A stretch of DNA of 64,000 bases from Trichoplax adhaerens (Eukaryota; Animalia; Placozoa). Numbering within the stretch: position 1 is the stretch's first letter; each line of letters starts with the position of its first letter. Location: NCBI RefSeq assembly GCF_000150275.1, contig NW_002060944.1, forward strand, positions 8,704,159-8,768,158, in the 5' to 3' direction. This document shows, in pieces, positions 52,601 to 64,000 of this stretch. A model generated the notes under the pieces. The model saw only the letters and a program-made list of their open reading frames with translations. It had not been told where the DNA came from and searched no databases. Position numbers and translations under genes: made by a program.

Positions 52601-55600
52601 CAGGTATGGCGTATTCATTGAAATAATACCGTAGTTTTATTTGTGTGTATTAATTATCGTCAATTAGAAATTTCTAACATTATTGAAGTAATAATATTTA
52701 TAATTTGCATCGTCAGTAGAACAGTGTTTGTCAAACCTATTTACCGGCTTGCGTAGGATTAGAAAGGTAAAGTATTTACCTGCATTTAGGTTCAGAACTT
52801 TCTTGATTACATCGGCCTTGCGAATTGCAAAACGCAGGAGAACAAGAGAACTCTACACATATGCACATTAGTCTCAATAGCGTTTAGAGTATAGATTACA
52901 TTTAATACTATAGTTATATCGTATGGAAGTATAGAGAACGTTTACGTATACTCTTACAACTTAAAGCATCTTAAAATAAGTATTACTTACGTATATTCAC
53001 AGCAGTGCTAGTTATATGTTTCATGTGCACATTATCGATGACTTGACAATTATAAGAACCAGCATCGGTTAGTTGAAGATTTGAGATAGACAGAATCATA
53101 ATACTAGTATCATTGGAATCAAGTGGGACTAGAGACATTTTAATACGACTTCCTAATAAAATTCGTTTGCCGTTCTGGAACCAAATAAATGTAGGCCTTG
53201 GTCGAGCTCGAGCCTCACATTGTAAGCCTGCATAACTTCCAATCAAAAATTGAGTAGCATTTGCCTTTACAGTTACAAGGTCTAGAGGAAGATCTACAGA
53301 TGAATAAAAAAACAACGGTTTCCTGTATTAGCTTTAATTTATCCGTAACATTTTCAGTCTGCTGAAGAGCACCAAACGTAAAATATTGATAATTATAATT
53401 TAAAAGTATTAAAATATATAACACTTTCTATTTTATTAAGTCAATCATGGGTAGATATCAAATACTAAACAGTGAAGCCAAGTTTTGTAATATATTAACA
53501 GATCAGCATAAATTTTTCAAGTGTAGCTAAAAAACATTTCCTATGATCGTTTAATCTAATGGTTATTAAAAATTTTACTTTTAGAAAACTTAACATAGGT
53601 GGGATGTAAGCAATCATCCATAAACACTTACATATATTAGCTTTTTGACTGTAAATAATAAGAATGTATGCGTAATTTTGGTTATCATTATCAAATTTTA
53701 ATATTAAATGTTAGGTTTCTTGCTTACTGCCTATAACATACAAGTATATCGTTGTTGTATTTTATATGTATCAGTCAAGTATGTATCCTGGTCATAAGAC
53801 AATACTGAAATATGCAAAAGTATTCTTTTAAAGCTACAAGATTGTTTTTTTGATTGTTAGAGCGTCGAATGATTATATGTCGTTCTAGTATCAAAAACTG
53901 CTCTGTCGCTATGTAATCAGTAGTAAGTAAAAAGATAAGCTTTACTAATTGCATATCACCATGCCTGGTAATATGGTATCACATCGATTTCCAGCAATTC
54001 CAAAGTTGCACCTATAAATATTATATAAGTGATGTTAATGATGATATTTGCATAACGTAACCATTGAATGCCTAAACTGATGAGAGCGAAAATAGTATTC
54101 ATGATAATATAATATATAAAATATTTCATGCTGATGAGTAAACTTGTTTTACCTGCATTGTAATAAATCGCTGCCAGCGATCTGACTACATGTTCCATTA
54201 CCATTGCAGAATTCTGGAGAGCAGGATATTCCTAAATTAATTATAACCATAAATTTGAAAGGCGCAATCTAAGTTCACAACATAGTAATAAAAGTCTATC
54301 TTTGCTTGAAGTGAAGATTATTTGTAGTATCCTTATCAGAAGGTAACACAAGAAAATGTAAGAAATACAAATGGACACTTATGACTTACTTAAAGCATAT
54401 ACCCGACTCTGAACAATTATCGCGGAATTCTTATAATTTCCAACACATCTATAGTCTCCATTGTTATCAATTGTTAAAATACTTATGACTAAGATTGACT
54501 GTATTGTAGTAGGGGTGGAAAATCCTTCTTTGTATATGATGTTGATATTGCCACCACCGCCAATGGGTACTCCGTTTTTAGTCCATATCAGTGTCGAAAT
54601 GGGACGCGATTTGGCCTGACAAGTTAGAGCAATGTAAGAACCAAAGGTATGCAAGGAAGTATTACTCTGTAATGTCACGTTGGTTAATGGAATGTCTGAA
54701 AAAGGTCAAAAATAGGTATTCATACAACACCATTAATCATACTTCTAACTTTATTTATGCAGCTTTTTAAGATTTAGCGAAGAAAAATACTATCGTTATG
54801 ACCATTTGAACTGGTTGGCATTACGTTATTTCTAAATTATAGCTAGCATACGATATTAAAATTATCGGTTGCAGCAGGCATCTGATTCAATAAGCTCACC
54901 CGATAGATTAGTTTCGCAGAAGACACCAGTGTGAAAGGGTCTACAACTATAGATTGATTATAAGGTTAAAATTGTATGTAGAATTAGTAAACTCACACAC
55001 TATGCCGTATGTGGTAAGCAAAAATTTAGTTAGCTGCTAAGGAATAAGTTGAAATTATGCTATGCACATTTTACTGATAATATGTCTATCAAAATTAAAA
55101 GTTCTGGCTGATACTTCTTTAGAATGAATTCGTAGATTACAATAAATTAAATTATCATTTATACTGCTGGCTTTGTAAAGGTATTTCTACTTGCCTACAG
55201 ACAGGAACCGCATTTATGATATTACACTTTCCATTGTCATTACATTGGAGAGGAGAGCAAGGGATGCCTGTAAGATAATGATTAATTTAAAATGTCTAAT
55301 AGATTATCTATGAAAAAGATAGCGTATATAGAATATCATGAATTTATTGGTTGTAATTTTTCTACAATTATAACAAGACTTAAAAAGACGTAATAAGAAG
55401 TTCAAGCTACAGTTAAAAATATATATGCTTAGTATTGGCTATTGCTAATCGATTTTTAGTCATATCGGTGATCGAGCTAACGAATTCAGCCACGTCACTA
55501 TTAGCTATCCATACTGGAAGATATAAATTAAATTTTATGAAGCTGTAGCATAGATAAAATTAAGATATGCGAAGAAATCCGTCATTAATACAACTGCCAC

Positions 55601-58600
55601 AGCCAAAAGAATGGTATATCACTTATGTTTGTATAAATATATTGTGACACTGTAATTCATGTTATAAACTATCAAAAATTAGGTTTCAAAATTTGATTTT
55701 TATAATATTATAAATATACTATTAACTAGATCACGGCAGATTTTTAAATTTAAGTTGGTAAAAAAATGAGACATTTCGTGCGTTTAAATATACCATACCT
55801 ATGATTAAAAACTTACTAATATTAATGATGTTACTTTTAACTACTTTGCCGGTAGATGGCTGCGTTGCGGAACAGCTATAGGCTCCAGTGTCCTTGGGTG
55901 ATTGTAATATGAAGGACAATGATGATTTAACTTGATAATATTCTTTGCCTTGTATCGAAATGACGGAATATTTATTCCCAACGGCTATTAGGATATTATT
56001 TTTACTCCAGCTAATAGATGATAGAGGATAAGAAGGAGCTTCACAGTCTAATCTAACATACTGGCCAACTTTATATGTCGTGATGTCGGATCTTACAACC
56101 ACGAATCTGAGTGGTATACCTGTAGTTAAATTGTTGTTATCAGACAAATTTATTAAACAGTGGGATGCAGTAATGGTTTCAGCTAATTAGAGTAGTTATG
56201 TATACAGATATCGTTGCTTGCTACTTTGTTGTAATGTGCCGAATCAATAAAGAAAGTATATAATAATAGAATTGAAAGGGTAATGAGGGAAATGGAGCCA
56301 CTAAAAGATGGAATTATACGATAATAATCACTTACTGGATATTGTCTATATCCAACAGTAAGAGAATACTTACTTGGCATAATTGACTCGCAATAATGTC
56401 CAGTGAATCCAGATTTGCAATGACTAAAAATTAAGTCGTCAAGAAGATTCGTAATTAATTCGTAAATTTACACGAAGGAAAATAAATTATTTGTGCAAAT
56501 ACCTGCATGATGGTGAACCGTTGACCATAGAGCAATACCCATGATTACTGCAAAATTCTGGTGAGCAAGTAAATTCTGAAGTAGAATCAGATTAGTACAT
56601 TTAGAGTTTGACCATTAGTTTAAATTAGTATAGGTATTAAAAATTGGATTATTTATGGACATAGAACGCAAGTCCTCTGATTATTCCATAGTCTATCAGC
56701 CAGTGAGTAGTATATCATCCATTACTTTATACTTGTAGTATCTGAATCCATATAAGTGATAATACGATAGAATACAGCTCATGTGTGTACTTGTAAGTTT
56801 AATTTTTAAGTCTTATTATATTCAGTTAAATGTAACGGAAACTATTTAATGTCTTTAGATTGTTATAATTTTTAAAGAAATAATACTTACGAATTGTGAC
56901 TGAGTTACTTCGCACAATCTTGCCCTTTGAATCCATACCATTGCATCTATAGACACCGATATTTTCATGAACGACAGGATTGAAGTGTAGCGCAGATTCA
57001 GCAATGAATTCTGACATGCTACTTGTTCCGAAATTGATATTATCATCGGCGGATATTGGAATACCATTTTTTGTCCACGATATTTTTGCTAATGGGTATG
57101 CGTATGCCATACATTGTAAAGATAGTTGCTGCCCAATAAGGTGAGTAGTAGCATTGGCTTTTAAGGTTATCTGTGATAAAGCAATATCTGTAAAATGAAG
57201 AATATGGAATAAAATAAATCAAGATGGAGAATGACTGTTCTGATACAAGTGGTAACAGCTGCCGTACTTAAATAACGAAAATCGAATGTAGAACATGCAT
57301 CCAGGGAATAGCAACAATGTATCAAATTAAGCTTTGATCTTACGGATTAGTTTTAAAGAAAATCTTTTAATTTTACAGCTGTTATTTTGATGCTTTACCT
57401 CTAACACATTCATTCCCATTCCAATATCCTGAATCACACAAGCAAGTAAAGGTTACCACAGGCTGAAGTATGTCAATGCATGTCGCTCCATAACTTCCAC
57501 AGGGCGAACTGAGACATGCGCTAACGTCTAATCATGCGAGAAAATTAGTTGTTTAAAATACTGAAACTTACAAAACGTGGAAGATATTAGTAAACTTATT
57601 CGTAGCAATTATTCTCAACAATCGATTTCCTAAATTGTATATTAAGATGTTGATACTCTGACATTATGATTGTTGAAATTTTGTCTAATGTAACTGCTGC
57701 CTTTGTATAGTTTTTTGTTCATAATGAGCAATCTAGTTTAAACGAAATGTGCATACATTGACTTATGTTTAATGTTCAAGTAAATTTGGTTATTTTGTTT
57801 CAATAGAAATTAACCTAATTACTGGTACAGTCCTTACAAGATGGGCTTAACTCGATATTATTTATTATACCACTTTTTGACTTTGAAATGTCCAAACTAT
57901 TTTACTGATTACCGCAACTACAGATTTTATCCGTACTTGAAAATTATTTATTTATTATCCTATATAAATTAATTTTTGATGGTTAGCCATGATATTATGC
58001 TAGTAAATGCAAATAAATACACTTTTAATAATTGTTAATAAATACGAATTTACTTACCGGTGTGGCATATATAACTATTCAATTATTCGGTTGCATAAGA
58101 ATAAAAGAGATTAGTATGATTTGCGAAAGAGAGGTAATTTTACTAAGTTTAATTAGAAATCCTAACGTTTCAATTTTTATTTGCATAGTATAATCAATTA
58201 AATTTAAAAAAACGAAGATCATTTACTTGGAAGGGAGCTGCGTATTACCATTAATGCTTGCATCTAGAGGTTGATCTATACATTTGAAGTCATATGGAGT
58301 CATTATAAAATAATTAAAATTTGTCGATTGAGCAATGTATCATACTGCTAGTATGTCGTCCGAAAATGTATTTTTTATCACAACTTACCGATACAGAATG
58401 CTTGAGCACTCATGGTGGCAGAACATTGCGATAGATCATTGGTAGTATTACTTTGTGGGCAATTAGCAAGATTAGGCTCGTTACCCAAGCAATCGATTTT
58501 TCCAATAATTGTTGGCATATTACTCGTGCCGCAACATTGGCTACGTAACTGCGTGTCAGCGAATCCAAGTTGACGACATGCTACTTGAGCATCTTGGAAA

Positions 58601-61600
58601 TGCCAAAAGTTAGTACATATCTTACCCCAAACTTGGCCGTTATAAATTTCAACTTGGCCTTGATTATACGATGTAGAACTTGTTAAGCGGATTCCTATCA
58701 CGGTAGAATCTAAGTATGGATAGGATATTAATCCTTTGTATTACATCAAAACCTCGCAATAGTTTTCTATTTATGCCTAACAGTATTAAATAGTCAAGCT
58801 TTCATAGTAATATGGCATGTGTTATAATGACGATGGTTGCACCCAGTAAGAATATATTAATTGAAGTCATAAATTTAATTTTAATTATTCACAATTATCA
58901 AAGTGTGATGCTTTACTTCAGGATAATATCTATGGAATTGGTAATGCCGTTGTAAGTAATATGTTTCATATATATGTGATCTATATTAATATACCACACC
59001 TTTATTTCTAAACTTTTGATTTGTCGAAATACTTACAAAATAGGCAATTATATCCGCTGTAACCGACTGGACATTCACATGTATAATATCCGAGAAACTC
59101 TTTGCAGACAGCTAGTCCTCCGGCCATGGATTGACAAGGATTACTGGCGCATTCATCAATGTCTGGTAAGATCCAATATAAACAAAACCTTGTAGGATTA
59201 ATTTGTTTTATGCGCTTTACAATTACGGTATTAGAACGGTTAACGAAGTTGAATAAAATATATCAATTTGTTACTTTATTGACGACAAAATATACATATG
59301 CTCAAGTAAGGCAGTTTCGTGAAAGATAGCGCTAATAGGTTAGATTTGTAGAAGAACTAATTTATATGCACGTACATAGTGATGTTAATAAGAAATTAAA
59401 TTTTCGTCATGTTATTTCTGAGACATTTTTTCGCATAGCACTTCTATAGTAGTAAAGTACAATCTTGTATAGTATACTGTATCATATTAACGTTTCTGGC
59501 TTTAGTTACCGATTTCACAATTTTTGCCAGTATATCCCTTATTGCACTGGCAGATATACTCGTGGTCTTGTGCAAGTGCTACGCAAGTACCTCGGTTATT
59601 ACAGGTTCCATTTTTGATATCGCAATAATGACCTATGTTTGAAAATTGAATAAAATAAAGCGTTTGATATCTAAACGAGTAATCATTATAAGATAATCAC
59701 ATCGATTTAAATGGCTTTTGAATGCTCACTACTGCATCTAATGGTTGCATCCATGCTGTGTGTGCAAGTTGCGTTGACAGGTATATTTCGAAGGCAATCT
59801 AATGGCGAAGCTTCATCACCGTTACAGTTTAAGCTGTCAAAAAGGATTTTTCCATTACCACTACCATAGATAGTAGATGAATAGATAGTGGTTGCATTAC
59901 CGAAACCAGCTGCTCTGCATATGACTGTTGCATCAACTAGATCAAGACCAATATTGCATACTGTGCCCCAAACGCCATTTTGGTAAATTTCCACAAAACC
60001 TATTCCAGCGAATTTGCTACTGCCATTTATTCGAATTGCCCCATTTGATACTGCTACAAATTGGCAATTATCACCATAGTATCCATTGGGACATTGACAA
60101 TAGTAAGATTCTCCTTTTGAAGCAGTAAAGCATGTTGCATTACTAGGGCATAAATTTGCAGAGCACCAATTACCTTCGCATTCCACACCAGCTTCCTCAT
60201 CACTGATGCAATTATGATATCCCCATCGTCTATGTTGACAATTGGATAGAAAACTTTCATTACCAACACATTTGACATCATCTAGCCAATATTTGGTTAT
60301 GTTTGAATTATATCTTGAGCAGCAGTAGTACTTGCGGACTTTAGTAAATCCAAGCTGTCTGCATGCAACATCAGCTGCTTTCAGATCGAAATAGTCGTCG
60401 CAAACGGAGCCCCAGGTACCATTGTAAAAGATTGCTAAGTTTCCAGTATACTTGTTGGGTCCACCGATTAATTTTAGCGGCTTTCCATGAATTACTACAG
60501 TAATTTTATTAAACAATTAGCAGGGAATTTTTTACGCGGGAGCACTGCGTAGTGATAAACTAAAATAATTAACTAACTGCATGAAAGTTCAAGTCGTTAT
60601 TTATATGCTTACGTTAAATTGCATTTACCTGTTTCGCAATGTTTACCGGTGTGTTCAGGTTCACAATTACATTGATAAGTTGTGGGTGATTTTGTAGTAC
60701 ATGTGCCTCTTGGACATGGAGATGAGTAACATGGATCATCTAGAATCGAAGGTTGTGGCGGAGTACAGACTCCGTCAATTAATTGTAGCATTAGCCTTAG
60801 TAATTAGTAATTAAGATTATATTAATTGTTAATAACATTTATTTATTGGGTATGGGATAATTGTAACATTATTAGTAGTCTAGTTATACTTGTTGTAGAC
60901 TCTGTGCAGAGTAGTGTATTTACAGAAATGATAACTAATACTAATTTCTGTTGCTTTGTGCTGAGCCTTTGATTGTTAATTGGCTCTTAATTAGTTCATA
61001 ACTCATTAGTGTTGTTTACGCCGTCTGCCATACTAAACCATATAGACAATCGGCTATACAAAAGCTGTATACTTTTAGAGTTGTTTACCTAAGCTGTGCA
61101 CCGAGTGCAACCGGGCTAGGGTATATAAAGCCCAGCGCTCTCACTAGCAGTACAGTTGTCGATTGATCGTGTAGTTAGAGTAGTCTTGGATGGCAAGATT
61201 ACCTTGGTTCAATAAACTATTTTAAAAGCCTGAGACTAGTCTACACTTAGCCCGTTAGGGCATACTTGGCTGTTATAGCCTTAGTATTCGTACAGCTTCA
61301 AAGGCCCAGGTTTCCTTGTCGTGGGCTGATCACGACAAAGGTGCATTGGAGTGATTAATTTGTAATTTTTTTTAAGGTAATAAATAAATCAATCTAAATC
61401 AACGCAACATACCGGCACATTGAATTCCGACCAGACTAAAGTAGTCGCAAGATGGAGAGATCTTTGTATTTAGTTTACAGTCTAAGATGGAAGTTTCATT
61501 TCCGGAGCATAGAATACCAGCTGTAAATGAAAATGTGATAGCATATACCGACGATAAGATGGCTTGAAATTACAACTAAGATAATCTAGCCGTAGTAGTA

Positions 61601-63270
61601 GATTTTACTTGACATCTAAATTAGTTCCGATGATGTTGTGATCTACATCTACTGTATAAATATTTTTGTGAAAGAATCTATTGCTACCATTTCCTTTCTA
61701 ACAACGTTCAATTACTTCTCTATTCTCGAAACATCGCTCGTGTTCATTTTACAGCTAATAATTTCATGATAGAATGATTACTATATCTTTCATTATTACT
61801 ACGCTATTGCTTTGAGATAGGAAATTGTTTTACTAATTCTAGCAAACAGAATAAATTTGATCGGATCCATAGAAGCGAGATATTACAGGTCATGAAATGT
61901 ATAGCACAGGTAGTAAAAGTCATTCCTATTGATTCTAATATAGTATGTTAAGTAAATATACTATAAATTATGATCTTATGATGGCAATTTTATTATAAAA
62001 ACGTTGGCGAAGTTTATCCCATCTTAAAACGTTAATAAATTGCTAATTCATAAAATAGCTAAATAAAAGAATATACTTGCATCTCTAACTTACAATAGAA
62101 TATTTTTCCTGTGACATGACCATAGAAGCTCCTCTGGTAGCGATTTGCCATATAAGGATAATTTAGCTTCGAACAAATAAGCGAAGCAGCCGCGTTATTG
62201 AAGGTATTTTGATCACAGACACTGCCCCAAGTTCCATTGTGATATATTTGCAGCGTTCCTGCCATTACATTATTGCCTTGAGAAGATGTAAGCCTAACAT
62301 CGCCTTCAGTCGCTCCTAAGTAAGCATAATGCTAGCTATTATTATACGCGTAAGTGCGCTCACGATACTTTATCGCAATGTTCTAATTATGATGCTAACT
62401 AGCGTATAATATATGGCTACTACGAATAATTTCAAGTTCTTTTACAGTTCTAACTAACTTTCTGTACAAAATCTTCCATGAAATCCTGGAGGACAATAGC
62501 AACTATATCCGTAAGGATGATCCAAACATGTGGCAGAATTACCACAAGGGTTATTATTGCATTCAATTTCTGTAATTTAAAAAGCAATGACATGTAATTA
62601 TCGGTTATATTATAAACATTGAAGTCTATAGTGGCTTAGAAAATTTAATGTTTACAATGCAATATTATGAAATCTTCTTATCACAACGTTAATTAATCAC
62701 GATCATCAGCACCTACTTATATAAGAACTAAGATTTGAGATCTACTGTAAAAATACTAAATTTATGCATCTACAACTTTTTAGCGGATATCAATCTAAAA
62801 TTAATTGATATATTTACGAATAATGAATTGAGTAGTCTCTAAATAAAATATCTTTAGAGGTTATTTTCATGCCAAACTACTGTACTTCAAAAAAGCTTAG
62901 CAGGTTTTATTACAGTGAAGAAAGATAGTGTGATCACGATAGGATCTTATAATTACTTAAATAAAGTTTCATACTATTTTTTAGAAATATTTTCAAATGG
63001 ATAGCAATCAACTCCCCAAATTTTATAATTGAAATTAATACACGTGACCAGCAATACTGCATAGTATATTGTTGTTCTGCAGCTATTTTTTTATTGGCTC
63101 ATCCTAATATATCATAAATTTAAATAATTTATATTTAAAAAGAAGCTTACTTGATGAACAATCTTGGCCAGTGTAGCCAACGATGCAGACACAAGAATAA
63201 ACGTTTATGTCGCCATTTACTAAAGTGCACTTTCCCCTTGAACTACAAGGGTTGTTTGAGCAAGCATCCG
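49700..63270 (-). CDS. Large type I membrane protein, 5'-incomplete: EGF-EGF-SRCR-EGF-SRCR-EGF-SRCR-EGF-EGF(Ca)-SRCR-EGF-(Ig-EGF)x5-TM-short tail
   Basis: Frame-consistent exons. N-terminal SRCR/EGF part: 63270-63151, 62569-62459, 62315-62094, 61520-61413, 60739-60629, 60494-59730, 59632-59510, 59162-59037, 58709-58389, 58275-58227, 58074-58058, 57527-57399. Ig exons: 57187-56891, 56119-55817, 54695-54390, 53293-52991, 51759-51457, each followed by a two-exon EGF. TM exon 50545-50461. Tail exons 49985-49936 and 49782-49700 (TGA). Confidence 0.9.
50212..50412. repeat. Intronic array of ~20-bp self-complementary units (cattaccggtaatg-type)
   Basis: About eight copies of attaYcggtaWtg separated by gctggcc/gactggcc-type spacers. 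The right end ttaccgacattggccgtaacata recurs at ~17677 and ~17779. Confidence 0.8.
60891..61337 (+). mobile_element. Possible solo-LTR-like insertion in an intron
   Basis: GC-richer block with TGTTGT...ACGACA termini, a TATA box (gggtatataaagccc, ~61119) and downstream AATAAA (~61211). No TSD found. Confidence 0.35.
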
Positions 63271-64000
63271 CTGTTATAAGAAATATAGAAGAAATTAGGA
63301 TGTAAGCTGTATAATAAACTGTACTATCCAGTGAAGATTAGCAAATGGGAAATACAAGAGTAGTGCAGTGAAATGGACTTGTAATTTATTAATAATTAGA
63401 TGACCAGTATGGCATAGCTAATATAGTCGGGATAATTTAGAATTACAGAGTACAGTTATTATATTGTATAAACTCCAGTATTATGTAAAAGTGATTATTC
63501 ACGATTGATTTTATAGAATATAAAATTGGTATCGTAGAAATAGAGTTTATTTCAGGGCTATTAAAATTCTATTCTTATTTAATTCTGTAAATATTAGAAA
63601 ATGCTGTAAGCTTTAGTAAGGTCACGTATCCTAGTAGATTCAGATTTTATTATAAATTAAGATATGATGATCTATTTAAAATATGATTAGGGTTGTAGAA
63701 GCATTTCTCATTGGATTTAGATTCGGCTTAACTGATACAAAGATTTCTTTACAAGGATAGTATAAAAGATACTGTTGCTTACAATACAATATAGTAAAAT
63801 TTTTGGTAAAACCTTTACTTTCTATATTTGGATTATTGGTCGCTAATAATTACTAATAGGTGTAGAAAACATTACTGAATTTCAGATGTGAGACTGTGAA
63901 TATTGGTAAGTACGGTAGTTTCAAATTCTTTTTAAGCTCTTCTTACAAATATATCAAATTACAAGCCGGAATATAAAATTAATATATGAGTGGAAATGTT

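Overview
AT-rich eukaryotic genomic DNA with short GT-AG introns and intronless rhodopsin-type GPCRs. It looks like an early-branching animal, most likely a placozoan such as Trichoplax (inference). Contents in order: GPCR (-); five-exon rhomboid protease RHBDD1 (-); GPCR (+); two tandem intronless bacterial-type ATP-grasp ligases resembling the DcsG/RimK-like family (-); NDUFA8 (-), head-to-head with multi-exon TRAF3IP1/IFT54 (+); NCAPG2 (+); a decayed Ig/EGF/TM paralog (-); a hAT-like MITE; a third GPCR (+); and a large, 5'-incomplete type I membrane protein gene (-) with 4 SRCR, 7 single-exon EGF and five Ig-EGF modules. Four observations stand out. (1) Intergenic arrays of TACAG/TACTG pentamers read as stacked Tc1/mariner excision footprints and differ between local duplicate copies. 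(2) One footprint contains two GGTTAG units in telomerase register. (3) The five Ig-EGF modules have the Cys4/Cys5 split-exon structure of ErbB ligands and neuregulins. (4) The duplicated ATP-grasp pair is a candidate horizontal transfer. Exon coordinates were derived by hand.
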